NCBI RefSeq assembly: GCF_001194135.2
Contig: NC_068993.1
Location: 26,218,751-26,282,750, forward strand
Direction: 5' to 3'
Length of the DNA: 64,000 bases
From: Octopus bimaculoides
Taxonomy: Eukaryota
Shown here piece by piece: positions 37,227 through 50,770 of this stretch; position 1 is the stretch's first letter, and each line of letters begins with the position of its first letter. The position numbers and the translations under genes were made by a program. The notes under the pieces are model-generated. The model saw only the letters and a list, made by a program, of their open reading frames with translations. It did not search any database and was not told the origin of the DNA.

Positions 37227-39985
37227 TGTAGGGATGAGATGAGCCAGAAGGAAAGAGCTGTGACGTCAATGGTCAAGGGGCCAGACCAGAACAGGAAGGA
37301 GGAGAGAGAAAATGAGAGAAACAAGATCAGGATCATCTTCATTTGGCTTGACACACACACACCATGAACGGACGTCAGCGAAACGAACTAGGTGATTGGT
37401 AGTAGCAGCTGCTAACACTAGGCATGACGGGTAGGGCACATGCTTTGGATTTAGTACAGCTGGACAGCCAATAAGAAGGTAGGTGAACCGTAATTTATTT
37501 TCCCACATTACAGTTCCCTTGTACTACAAGCTATTTCAGCACTCATGTATAAATATATTTCTCTGATGGCAGCAAAGATAAGGATCAGCAGCGATGCCAT
37601 CAGATCTTTCTATGGCAAAAGAGATGTAGTGACCTGGATCCGTAAGATCAAGGTAGTGGCCAAGCTATAAGGCATCAACGATGTAGAAGGTCTCATGACC
37701 CTGTACCTGGAGGGAAACGTGCTGGCACTGTACCTTGAGACAGACGAGGAAGACCAATTGAGCATGGCGTAGATCGAACAGTGCTTGAGGGAAGCCTATA
37801 CGGAGGGAACGTATGCCACGTTTGCTAAGCTGGAAACGGTCATGCAGACAGAGGAACAGGTCAATGAATATGTCGTGGAGGTTCAGAGACTGGCCATGCT
37901 ATTTGGTTTTACCAGAGAGGGTCTAGAAAAGGCGGCACAACTGGCCTTCATAAATGGCTTTCCTGATGACAACAGTGTGACTGCAACAACTGCCAGGCAG
38001 CGAGAAAATGGCAATGAGTGAGCTCATCACACAAGCCCGCATGTTGACTCAAAACACCGGGTGGAAGGCAGTGGCAATGGCAACTGCAGCAGCTCATGAA
38101 ATAATACAACGACCAGTAAAAGATGAGAAGAAAAATGCCATGGAGTGACAGCAACCGTTCATGGGCTGGTGCTTCAAGTGCCAGGGACCGCACAAAGGGA
38201 TTACACAGAGATAAAGCCCAGACCCGTTTGCTACTAGTGCAGGCAGACTGGGCATATCACTCAAAGTTGCAGCCAGGGAAAAGGCCACAGGGAAGTTGCT
38301 GCCTCTCAAATTTCCCTGGGTGAGTAGAGGTGCTCGTGCAGTCGCTGCCCATAGTTGAAGTCTTGATTGGGGCAAAGGCATTCAAAACCCTTGTGGATAT
38401 GGGCTGCATGACGTCTATCGTGACCCTGAGGGTGACAAAAAATGGAAGGGGATAAGTAGTGTTTGGGCGGTCGATGACAGCGAAATTGGATGTAAGGGTA
38501 GCAGCGATGTGGAGATAACGGTGTGAGGCACAGCACTGTGGTTGCAAGCGATTGTGATTGACCATGTGGTAGCTGGAATCGATTTGGTGATGGAGATGGA
38601 TACGATCAACCACCTTGGAGGTGTCAGTGTTGGTGGAGATGTGGTTTCATTTGGTGGTGCAAGGGTGTCATGTGTCATGAGTCTACAACATGAGAGAGAG
38701 CAGAGGTCCGTGAGGGACTGTACTGCTTACACCATTGAGGACAAAGGTTTTCAGGTGGTGGACGGTAGAGTGGGGCTGGAAAGGAGAGCCCCTGATGCTG
38801 AAGAACAGGCTGAGCCACTACCAGCATACATTGAAAGGACATGCCAGGAGTGAGTTTGAAGGAGAGGTAGAGCAGTGGATTAAGGAGGATGTCCTTATCA
38901 TGTGGGAGGAAGAGGTGGTGAGTAGAGTGCTACCACAAATGGCAGCGGTGCAGCCAACAAAGGGCAAAGTCAGGTCAGTACTGGACTTTTGGGAAATGAA
39001 TGGCCATGTATCGTACCACATGGGCAGTGAGGTGACTGACATCTGTGCTGAAATGTTGCATGAATGGAGACATATGATGAGGGCAGCAAAGATTGTCGAC
39101 TTGAAGACGGCATATTTGCAGCTCCATGTAAGTGAGAAACTGTGACAGTATCAGCTGGTGTGATATAAGGGCCAGATATACTGTTTGGCTAGGCTGGGTT
39201 TCAGGCTAAATTCTGCACCAAAGATCATGGCAATAGTTCTTAAGTCTATCCTGGGAAAGGTGGACAGGACAAGAAGTGCCATCAATTCCTATATAGACAA
39301 CATCTTAGTAGACAAGACTAGTGTCAGCTACAGAGGTTTTAAGTCATCTAAAGTAGTCTGGGTTGATTGCAAAGCCACCAGAATCAATGGTTGGAGGAGC
39401 TGCACTAGGGCTCAAGCTTCAAAGAGATAAAACAGGCTCAATGTTTTGGAGGGGGAATGAAATCCCAGAACTAGATACCAGCATCAGCAGGAGAGAACTA
39501 TTCACGATGTGTGGGAGACTAGTGGGTCACTACCTAATCACAGGGTGGCTACGAACAGCATGCAGCTACACCAAGACATGAGCAGATGGGGCAAACTGGG
39601 GAGACAAAGTGGGAGAGGTGTCGGTGGTGATGATGCAGGAGATCTTAGGGAGGACAAGAGAAGAAAACCCAATAAGAGGGAAATGGTATGTGCCCAAACT
39701 GGAGAATGAGACCATATGGTGCAATGCTAGCAACATAGTGATAGGGTTGAACTGGAAATTGAAGGCATCAAAGTGGAGGGCACAGCCTGGCTTCAAAAAG
39801 CATAAATTAACAACCACATCACTGTGGCTGAGTTGGACGCAGTGCTGAAGTGGGTGAATTAGACCTTGAAGTGGGGGCTGCACTCCATCGAAATCCAAAC
39901 TGATTCAGCCGCCATGCTTGGCTGGGTAGAATCAGTGATCACTGATGACAGGAGAGTTTGAATCAAAGGGGCTGCAGCTGCAGGT
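37227..39985 (+). mobile_element. 3'-truncated LTR retrotransposon: putative 5' LTR, gag, protease, RT, RNase H
   Basis: Starts TGTAGG; gag from ~37566 with CFKCQGPH and CY*CRQTGHITQSC knuckles; protease LVDMGC; RT VDLKTAYLQL, LGFRLNSAPKIM, SYIDNI; RH WCNAS, HITVAELDAV, TDS. No integrase or 3' LTR seen. Confidence 0.85.
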
Positions 39986-40507
39986 TTTCTATAATCTTTG
40001 ACTTTGTTTTTTTTCTTTTGGCAGGTGGAGCAGTAGGATGACAATTAGGTATGGTGTATGTATGTGGAAGAAATAGCTGTATAAGGGAGATAGAGGAAGG
40101 TAAGATGCATGGAAACTGAGTTTAATAAACACCTAATAAGGCTCCATTCCTCATATGCTTTTAACCTTTTCCCAACTATACATAATTATATAGGTTTTGT
40201 GTAATGTAGCACAAGTAATTACTTAAGTGAAATGTAGTTTGAAGTGAGATGAACAATTGAACAATTGTAGCCAATATTATACAACTGAATTTGTTGTGGC
40301 AGATTGTCTAAGGCCGAACGCCCTTCGTGTCTCTAGCCTCCCTTGGTCAGACATGTCTTTCACTTGAGAATGAAAATGAACAACATAATTTGTATGATGG
40401 TGATGATTATTTACAATCATCATATAATTTCAAGATAAGGGTACACACATATACACATATGTATCAGTGGCATGCAGTGACCTTTCAGATTGGTCATGCA
40501 ATGAATA

Positions 40508-41110
40508 TGTGGGTCAATTGAAAAGTTTATAGGCTGACCAAAATTCTCTCATGGAATGTGACTAAATGTGGTTTATTTTTCAGCATAGACCCCCACTTGC
40601 AGTCCACACACTTCTTCCATTGGTGTTGCAGTGCTTGGATCCCATTGGAAAACAAGCTTTCATCTTGTTGGTCAAAAATATTATTGGCAGTAGATATGAT
40701 GTCAACATCACTGTGATACTGGATTCCATCCATGTATTTTCATGCTGGCAAACAGATGATAGTCAGATGGGGTCAAACCATGAGACTAAGGATGGTGATC
40801 AACTAGTTCAAAGCTTGAGCCATGCATTGCAGCCATTGAAACCAAGGACATGTGTGCTGGAGCATTGTCTTAACAAAAGAAGACCCCTTTTGTCAGTTTC
40901 CTTGGTTGTTTCATAATTTCCTCAGCATGTTGGCATAGTACATTCCATTGATGATGTGGCCTTTTTGAAGACAGTCAATAAAGACAAAACCTTTTGCATA
41001 CCAAATAACTGAGGTCATATCCTTCCCTGTAGATGGTCTTCTTTTAGGCAGGTGAGAAGGGGTATTTCCACTGCATGGATTATCCCTGGCTTAAAGTGAT
41101 GAACCTAGCA
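40508..41110 (-). mobile_element. 3' portion of mariner (31408 family)
   Basis: YHSDVDIISTANNIFDQQDESLFSNGIQALQHQWKKCVD; TIR at 40508. Confidence 0.85.
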
Positions 41111-41157
41111 TTCTTCACAGATTAGGATACATTCAAGAACACTAAACATGATAAAAA

Positions 41158-41894
41158 CAACACCATGATGCAATTCACTCTACCAGAAATTTGGAAACAA
41201 CATGCTGTACTCTTTGACATTCGTGCCAGTAACTCCAAAGTGAACATTTCAGTGTGTTAGAGTATCAATCTGAGGACAGTGCATGTACCGAGAGTGATAA
41301 AAATCAAACATCTAGCCAACATCATGGTGTTTGGAGTGATCACTAGTGATAGCAACATTGTATCTCTGTTCATCTTCCCACACAGAGGCCTACATCAAGT
41401 GCCTGGAGGAGTTAGTGCTGCTCTGGATCAAGAGGGTGACTGCTGGAAGACCCTATGTCTGACAACAGAACTCTGTACCATACCACACAAGCAGGGGACC
41501 CAAGTCATGGCTGTCAGACAAATTCTGCGACCAAACCACCTCTAACATCTGGCCATTTAACTCCACAGACTGCAGCCCCCTTGATTATTATGTGTGGGGC
41601 ACAGTTGAGCAAGAGACCAACAAAACTCCTTGTAACACCAAAGATGAACTGAAGGCAAGGATTATGGCAGCATTCACCAACATAAACAAGGAGACTGTCC
41701 GGAAGAGTAGCAGGAGATTCCGAAGTCGTCTGGAGGCTGTGGTTGAAGCCAATGGCAATTTTATTGAATAAATTTACTCTTTAGTATTTCAAGATATTTT
41801 TATGTAATTTTGGTAAATATATCTGTTAAAATGAAATGTCAGTGTTATTTTCATTTTTGCTAAATTTGGATGACAATATATTCACCACACCCTC
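41158..41894 (+). mobile_element. Internally deleted maT (DD37D), second copy
   Basis: Colinear with 24232-25093 (KHLANIMVFGVITSD, SPDCSPLDY); 3' TIR ..caccacaccctc-TA. Confidence 0.85.
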
Positions 41895-42519
41895 TATATA
41901 TTATTGTCTAAGAATCCATAAGTCAGAAAAAGTAGGCATTCATACATTTGTCGATAGAGTAGGTATATTAATCAAAGTATGCAGTATTATAGACCTATAT
42001 GCTGTATAATTTGATTAGTATATATATTAACATATGTATGCACATATACACACACATGCACACACACACATACACACACAAACATACACATGCACACATA
42101 TATATGTGTGTCTGTGTGTCTGTGCACATCTACATGTGTGTGTGTTCATTATATCTTCTAAATTCATCAGAGAAGGAATATAATTTAATAAATAACAAAA
42201 CCATTAATAACTCAATCACTTGCTTAACTGATATTTAAATGATTTAAAGGATACTTCACTAAAATGTTATGATGCAGCAACAGTATTTATTTGATAAAAC
42301 TAAGTATTTCTTCTTTTGCATATACTCATATCTTTAAGTATATCTATTTTGAATATGTTGATATCCTTGGATATTTCTTTCTTGTGTGTGCTGATATGCA
42401 TCAACGATATCTATCTTACACATCTCACTATGTCTAAACATGTGTTCATAAATACATACACACATACACAATGCACACATGCATCTATATAAATATATAT
42501 GTGTGTGCAAATGTATATT

Positions 42520-42564
<45 letters not shown>

Positions 42565-42724
42565 NNNNNNNNNNNNNNNNNNNNNNNNNNNNNNNNNNNN
42601 NNNNNNNNNNNNNNNNNNNNNNNNNNNNNNNNNNNNNNNNNNNNNNNNNNNNNNNNNNNNNNNNNNNNNNNNNNNNNNNNNNNNNNNNNNNNNNNNNNNN
42701 NNNNNTATATATACATATATACAT

Positions 42725-45700
42725 ATCATCATCATCGTTTAATGTCTGCTTTCCATGCTGGCATGGGTTGGACGGTTTGACTGAGGTCTGGAGAGCTAGT
42801 GGCTGCACCAGGCTCCAATCTGATCTGGCAATGTTTCTACAGCTGGATGCCCTTCCTAATGTCAACCACTCCAAGAGTGTAATGGGTGCTTTTTATGTGC
42901 CACTGGCACAAGAGCCAGTCAAGGAGGCCTGGCATCAATCACTTTCGGATAGTGCTTTTTATGTGCCACCTGCATGGGAGCCAGCCAGGGCATACTGACA
43001 TCGGCCACATTCAGATAGTGCATTTTACATGCCACCGGCATGGAAGCCAGTCAGGGGACACTGGCCACAGCTACAATTTTGGTTTTACTTGACTCAACAG
43101 GTCTTCTCAAGCATATCATATCACCCAACACATCAGGGCTCCTCTTAAATGGGCCAGACATGCAACACTGGCATCGGTCATGGCTGCATTCTCACTTTAG
43201 TGTGAGGCCCAATGTTAGACGGTCATGCTTCACCACCTCATCCCATGTCTTCTTGGGTTTATCTCTTCCACAGGTTCTTTCTACAGTTAGGGAGTGGCAC
43301 TTCCTCACACAGCTGTCCTCATCCATACATAACACATGAACATACCAGTGCAGTCATCTCTCTTGCACACCACATTTGATGCTTCTTATGCCCAACTTTT
43401 CTCTCAGGGGCTTACACTCTGTCATGTATGCACACTGACATTACACATTCAGCTGATCATACTAACTTTATTTCTTTCAAGTCTACACATGTCCTCAGCA
43501 GTTATGGCCCATGTTTCACTGCCATGCATCATGGCAGTTCGCACACATGCATCATACAGTCTACCTTTCATCCTGAACGAGAGGTCCTTAGTTGCCAGCA
43601 GAGGTACGAGCTCCCTGAACTTTGCCTAGGCTATTCTTATTCTAGCAGCTATGCTCTCAGAGCATCCAGCCTGCTACAGATTTGGTCACCTAAGTAATGG
43701 ATGCTAACAACTACATCTAGTTTTTTCTCCCTGGCATGTGATGGAATCTGTTTTCTGTACATCTTCAGTGTTTATTGCACCTGTGCATCTGCCACACACA
43801 AAAACTATTTTCCCGGTTAACCTTCCATTGATATTGCAGCATCATTTATATATCCATAGCTTACACCGGGTACATTGTATGGAGTTTCTTTCCATGCCTT
43901 TTATACAGATTGAGTCTGGCCATCTACCTGAAGGGATTTGTGATTTCACATCCTTCCTACTTACTAAGACTTTGGTTTTTGCTAGGTTAACCCTAAGGCC
44001 CTTCGATTCTAGACCTTGCTTCCACGCTCTAAACTTCGTCTCTAGTTCTGGTAGTGACTCAGCTATTAGAGCAAGGTCATCAGCATAGAGAAGCTCCCAA
44101 GGGAAGCCTGTCTTGAATTCCTCTGTTATTGCCTGGAGGACTATAATGAATAAGAGGGGGTTGAGGACTGAGCCATGGTGAACCCCTACTTCTACTCGGA
44201 ATTCTTCACTATACTTGTTGCCAATCCTCACCTTACAGACAGCATCCCTGTACAGGGCTTGTACAGCTCTTATCAACCACTCGTCTATCCCCAGTTTCCG
44301 ATAAGGGATCAGGGGACCCTGTCAAAGGCTTTCTCCAAGTCAACAAAAGCCAAGTACAAAGGTTTATCTTTGGTTAGATATTTCTCTTGCAGTTGCCTTA
44401 CCAGAAATGTAGCATTAATGCTGCTTCTGCCTGGCACAAAACCAAACTGCATCCCATCTATACTCTCTCCCTAATTAGTTGGGCTATGACTCTCGCTATA
44501 ACTTTCATCACCTGATCCAATAATTTGATACCCCTGTAGTTATTTCTATCTAAAGCATCACCTTTACCTTTGTAGCAGTTGACTATGGTGCTGCTACACC
44601 AGTCATTGGGTATGAATCCGTGAACTACCTGATTTACAGTGTGGGCAACAAAACCATAACCCACACTGCCTGATATTTTAAGCATCTCAGTCGTGATTCC
44701 TGATGGACCAGGTGCTTTCCCTGTCTTTATATCCTTAATGGCTTTATCTACCAAGGTACTGTCGATTTGGGTAGCTGGTCCCTCAATTGGGCCAACCTTT
44801 GGCAGACTCTCTTCCTCCTATTTATTCTCCACATTCAGCAGTCTTTCATAATGGCATCTCCAAGCCTCTTTCTTTGTAGAATCATTAAATGCAAGGGCAC
44901 CATCATCAATGCAGACACATTTCTCTCTTATGACATCACAATTTTCTCTCACACACTGTCTTGCAATCTGAAATACTTCAGTTCTTTGTTTCTCGCATCG
45001 CTGAACATTGGTTAACTTCTTTTTTGGTACTCCCTTGGCTATATATACCTGCCTCCTAGCTTCCCTCTTGGCTATCTGATACATTCTCCTGCTACCCCCA
45101 CTCTTCCAGGCCTTCCACGCCTGTTTCTTTGCTCTGGTGGCTCTGTCTACACTATTGATCCATCACCATGTTACCCTAGGTCTGGAAGGGACTTTGCACC
45201 AGTCACAGATTTGGTCTGTAGCACTCAGCAAGCTGTCTTACAGGAATTCCCAGCTGCTTTCTATGTCACAGGAAGCTCCTCCTCCCTATCATCAAATTTC
45301 TCGGTAAGGATATCCCTAAATCTCTGACCATGTGAAGGGTTTTTAAGCTTCCAAGTCCTTCCTTTCGAGATTGGTCTGCTTTGTTATTCGTCTTTGAGGT
45401 AGCCTGCAGAAGAATATCATAAAAGTGATCCTTCTGTTCATTTGGAAGGCCCACTTCTGGGGCGTAGGCAGAGGTAATTGTAGCTATACCATTCTGCAAC
45501 ACTAGCTTGAATTTAATTACTCTATTGCACACCCTCACTACTTCTACAACCTTATCCACCCAATTCTCTACAAGAAGAATGCCTACACCCCTTATTCCAT
45601 CACTATTATCTTCCCAGAAGAGTTTATACCTATGTGCTTTGCCTGTAAAGATTGGCTGAAGATCCTCTCCACCTTACCTCTCGTACACAACATACATTGA

Positions 45701-45775
45701 CACGTCTTCAAGCATCCCTACAATCCCGCTAGCCCTACCTTTTAATGTGCCTACATTTACAGTGCCAACTCTGAA
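42725..45775 (-). mobile_element. RTE-clade LINE, near-complete but decayed
   Basis: APE SAYAPEVG; RT KAPGPSGIT, NYRGIKLL, DLEKAFDRV, GVHHGSVLNPLLF, LLYADDL; CTRCKLW finger; 3' UTR and (GAT)n; internal deletion after APE. Confidence 0.95.
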
Positions 45776-46084
45776 AACTGGGAAAGAGATATGGGAGGTA
45801 ACATAGGAAGGAGAGATGTTATTCAGCACCTGAAAAGAATGTTCCCATGATCATTTGGGAACAGACCTCATAATAGTTGTTCTTGCTTTTAACCTACCGT
45901 CATTCAAACATGTTAGAATTGTTAAGGTTGTTGCCTCTACTGAGGTGGGCGAGTAAGGAAGCATTGTATATGAAAGTGTTTGGAATGTTGTAAATATAAG
46001 CATTATGAGAATTGTGGGTGTAAGCATTACTGATGCTGCAGATATGAATGTAAAAAAATATATATATATACATATATACATGTA

Positions 46085-46740
46085 TATGTATATTCCGCAG
46101 GAGTGACTGTGGTAAGTAGCTTGCTTACCACCTACATGGTTCCAGGCTCAGTTCCACTGTGTGACACCTTGGACAAGTGTCTTCTACTATTCTACTATAG
46201 CCTTGGGCTAACTAAAGCCTTGTGAGTGGATTTGGTAGATGGAAACTGAAAGAAGCCCATTGTATATATATATATATATATGTGTGTGTGTATATTCAAG
46301 AAAGTTAGGGGTTGTGAATCCAACCCACTAAGGATTAATATCTATCCAATATACTGCCGGAAGAATACCCAATTATTATTACAATACACTAGATGTCCAA
46401 GATGACATAATATGTCGCATGTGTTTGTATATTGTTATTATTGTCCTCTTAGTTAACAAATAAACAGGTAAATTGACACAATACAATGTCTGCAAGTTGA
46501 TGAATACCACCTATTCCCCTCCATTTTCGTGTGTGTGTGTCTGTATTTGTCTCTCCACCATCACTTGACAACCAATGATGGCGTGTCTACATCCCTGTAA
46601 CTTAGTGGTTCAGCAAAAAAGGCCAATAGAATAAGTACTGGGCTTACAAAGAATAAGTCCTGGAGTTAATTTGTTCAACTAAAGGTGGTGCTCCAGCATG
46701 GTCGCAGTCAAATGACTGAAACAAATAAAAGAATAAAAGA
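46085..46740 (+). mobile_element. SINE family A with insertion(s) in its internal microsatellite
   Basis: Head module 46085-46260, 3' module ~46530-46740. Confidence 0.7.
46297..46392. repeat. ~95-bp dispersed element, copy 1
   Basis: Near-identical to 58153-58243; follows (TA)n, ends CTAG. Confidence 0.85.
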
Positions 46741-47090
46741 AAGATATATATATTATATATAATGTGTGCGTGTGTGTGTCCATATATATGCATATATATA
46801 TATATATANNNNNNNNNNNNNNNNNNNNNNNNNNNNNNNNNNNNNNNNNNNNNNNNNNNNNNNNNNNNNNNNNNNNNNNNNNNNNNNNNNNNNNNNNNNN
46901 NNNNNNNNNNNNNNNNNNNNNNNNNNNNNNNNNNNNNNNNNNNNNNNNNNNNNNNNNNNNNNNNNNNNNNNNNNNNNNNNNNNNNNNNNNNNNNNNNNNN
47001 NNNNNNNNNNNNNNNNNNNNNNNNNNNNNNNNNNNNNNNNNNNNNNNNNNNNNNNNNNNNNNNNNNNNNNNNNNNNNNNNNNNNNNNTAT

Positions 47091-47124
<34 letters not shown>

Positions 47125-47125
47125 G

Positions 47126-47156
<31 letters not shown>

Positions 47157-48060
47157 GGGAGGCTGCTTATGACTAGATATGACTAATACTATCAAAGTAG
47201 AGAGTATACAGAGTACACAATACTAAATTAGCAGAGTGTAATTAATACTTCACATGGAGGAAGTCAACATTTATTAATACTGATTTTTAAATGAGTGTGT
47301 GTGTGTGTATGTGTGTATATGTGTGGGGGCATGCCCATGTGTAGTGTGTGTGTGTGTGTACGTGTGTATATGTATATACTCATGCGTACTCAATTTTGAT
47401 TTTATATATTCTTTGATCATGTTTTAACCTATTAAAAAATTTTCCTTGTCTTGCAGATATTCTGTGAGTTCGTGCATTGTAAAAGTGTAAAATCTGTTAA
47501 TTGCTTGCTTAAGAGATTTAAAAATTGGACCTTACCACCTATATTGTCTAGTTGTTAATTTCAGTATATCTTTCTTGTTTTTGAGATAGTAGTAGAGAAA
47601 TGTCTACTGACTGCATCTATAATCCCAGTTAATTTTGTCTTACTATATTACATATATGTATTTGATGTGTAGAATGCTTCCCAGAAGAGACCCTGTCTGC
47701 CAAAAACAGCCATCAAGAAGCAAATGAATAAGACAGAGTAAAAGTATGAGCAGGAAAATGGTAAGTAGATTTTCATGTACAGAATATAGGAAGTATGAGT
47801 CACTCAGTGGAATTATATGTGATATCCAAGGTTAAGGGGTGAAACTAAGGTCTACCACAATTGGTCATGCTCGGTTATGAACTGACATCTAAGTATAATC
47901 ACTAATACATTACTTCATTAAGTAGAATATCAATTACAAGGGAATTGGTATGAAGGTAAATGACTGGGTACTTGATGATACACATATTTTGTGTGTGTGT
48001 GTGTGAATATGCCCACACACACATACATACACATTTATTACTATAATTATTATTATTATT

Positions 48061-48295
48061 AAGGCAGCAAGCTGGCAGAATCGTTAGCATGTCGGGTAAA
48101 ATGCTTATTGGTATTTCATCTGTCTCTGTTCTGAGTTCAAATTCTGCCGAGGTTGACTTTGCTTTTATCCTTTCAGGTCAATAAATTAAGTACCAGTGGA
48201 ACACTGGGGTCGATGTAATTGACTAGTCCCCTCCCACCAAACTTCAAGCTTTGTGTTTTCAATAGAAAGGATTATTATTATTATTATTATTATTA
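48061..48295 (+). mobile_element. SINE family B
   Basis: A-box tggcagaatcg, B-box gagttcaaattc, central domain, (ATT)n tail. Confidence 0.8.
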
Positions 48296-48810
48296 TTGAA
48301 TGAGAGAGCAGTGCTTGCCATTAAAGTAACAGTGTACCCATCATGACTACCCGTCTGATAAGGGTACACCAGACACATGCATCACAACCATATGTGCACA
48401 ACATGATGATCTCATATTCAAGATAAATAGTGCTTGGCCCTGCAGGTGGGCCCCTGTTAGAATTTTTTTTCAGGTCGAGTAGCCCATCCTGTTCAAAAGG
48501 TTCTTGAATAGTTGTTTAAGGATGTTGAATGAAATATCCATGTTTCCAAAGAAGGATTATTAAAATCCCGAAGAATTCCTCTGAACACATGTCTATGATG
48601 CTCCCCCACTACTTCTGCTTGTGATCAGAGATGCACAAATCATCAGCCACCAAGGGACATGCTCAACTGGTTAAGGTCAAACAACTGACAAGCAAATCTG
48701 TAGCATTGAGCAGAGTATTTGCTGAAGCCCATCCTTTTTACATCAAGATAAAACATGTACATGATAACATTTCTAATCAGTTAAGAGCAGAAACCATGAG
48801 AGCTAGTGCC
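48296..48810 (-). repeat. Dispersed repeat, retroposon 3'-UTR-like, ending in (AAT)n
   Basis: Recognised only loosely as a common repeat; single copy in this window. Confidence 0.35.
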
Positions 48811-48864
48811 TCTTATTGCATCGTCGTCGTCGTTATCATCATCATCATCATGATTATTATTGTT

Positions 48865-48885
48865 GTTGTTATTATTATTATTATA

Positions 48886-48942
<57 letters not shown>

Positions 48943-48950
48943 ATAATAAT
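48865..48950. repeat. (ATT)n microsatellite
   Basis: Direct inspection; source of the poly-Ile ORF. Confidence 0.95.
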
Positions 48951-49711
48951 AAAAAGCACTAAAAGCTTTGTGAAATACTGTTACCCTGGGTTTCCTGGCC
49001 TAAATGTTAATCTATTTCACCATTTATCAAACTGGTAAAAAGAACAATATAGTTCAGTAACTGTGTTTGATGCAATCAGCATTTGAATGAGCATCTACAT
49101 TTAGAAAAAAGACAGAGAGAAATCACGGAACAATCATTATTATTATTATTGTACAGGAGTTTTACAAGTGCCAAAAATTACATAAACCAACACTGCAATA
49201 AGCTATGGTATGTCCAGTCATTTATCCTTAACTCCCACTATATGTATTTAGTAAAGTGTAGATATGAGGAAAGAATCTCACTCCTGGTAATTATGAAGAC
49301 CCTGGAGGTTCTTAATTTTTTAAATGATGCAGTTTTTGAAGCAAGCATACAGAACACCTTTTTGACCCATGAATATAGGGTTTGGTCAGAGAAAATATTT
49401 TTCATTTGATGTAGTAGTTGATGCTTTCGTACTTAAGTTTCCATATAAATGTGGAGAGGGTTGTTGTGTGTCTCTTCTCAGGATGTTCAAAGGCTGAAAG
49501 ATGTTTGTTGTATCTAGACTTATATTTTCCTTCCACAGACCCTTATATAACGTTTGTTCTCTGGCCAGCTGTTTGTCATAATTTGCTAATACTTATGCTT
49601 CATACACAACAAAGCCCTTGAAGACATTTAATTTATCTCTGTATGAACACCGTAGACGAGTCTGAATCATTAGTTGATTATTGATACAGGCCTTACATTG
49701 GGGATACATGA

Positions 49712-49760
<49 letters not shown>

Positions 49761-49867
49761 TGTGAGTGTGTGGGTACATGTGCGTGTGTATATACATATC
49801 TATATATATGTGTGTATATAAAAATATATATATAGATAGATAGATAATGTGTGTGTATAAATATATG

Positions 49868-49921
<54 letters not shown>

Positions 49922-49927
49922 TATAGG

Positions 49928-50256
49928 AGGAGAAGACCACCTTCGGTCATAACTGACCGTGGGATTGCACCTAGAAAGTTAGTCTCTGAGGCACAAGTCC
50001 AGGCAAAGTCGTTTATGGAAGGCCAGCAGTCGCCCATGCATACCAGCCTCCCCTCTCCACACCACTGATGTTATCCAAGGGAAAGACAAAGACTGATACA
50101 GCTTGGCACCTGTGATGTTGCAACTCATTTCTGCAGCTGAGTGAACTGGAGCAACGTGAAATAAAGTGTCTTGCTCAAGAACACAATACGCAACCCGGGC
50201 TGGGAATCAAACTTACAACCTCACGATCATAAGCTCAACGCTCTAACCGCTGAGCC
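49928..50256 (-). mobile_element. tRNA-derived SINE, family C
   Basis: Head ggctcagcggttagagcgttgagc..agtttgattcccagcc with A/B-box-like motifs. Confidence 0.8.
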
Positions 50257-50351
50257 TTCACATAAATATATACATGTATATAAATATATATGTATATACA
50301 AAGATGTATATATATATGTTTATACATATATGTCTATATATAAATACATAC

Positions 50352-50409
<58 letters not shown>

Positions 50410-50429
50410 CTTGTATATAAATGACCGTG

Positions 50430-50770
50430 CACACATGGGGAGGGCCTTATGTTTACATTGGGCAGACGGCTCATTCATTTAAGAATCGTTATCATAATCA
50501 TGTTGCCAGTTTTAGGTCAATCGACATCTTTGGCAGATTTTATATGGCGACTGAAGGAGGCTAATACATAATACTTCATTACTTGGTCCATAGTTAGACA
50601 TGCAAAACCATACAGTGTAATTTCCAGGAGATGCCGTCTCTGCTCCGAGGAATCCCTGTCTATTCTATGGACTAACAAGAAGATACTTAATAGAATTTCT
50701 GAACGACTATCGAGATGCCTTCACGCATATAAATGTACTTTCGCACAATGCAGTGAGAATGTATTTTGAG
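50430..50770 (+). mobile_element. PLE GIY-YIG endonuclease fragment (Naiad-like)
   Basis: YVYIGQTAHSFKNRYHNHVASFR..SLADFIWRLKE..ITWSIVRHAKPYSVISRRCRLCSEESL..LSRCLH. Confidence 0.82.

Noticed and set aside
37012-41110. Idea that the LTR element split one mariner (37012 and 40508 pieces)
   Set aside because: The two mariner pieces are on opposite strands, so they are not colinear halves.
46085-50256. tRNA-like sequences
   Set aside because: They are SINE heads with A/B boxes but no complete cloverleaf, and they continue into SINE bodies.
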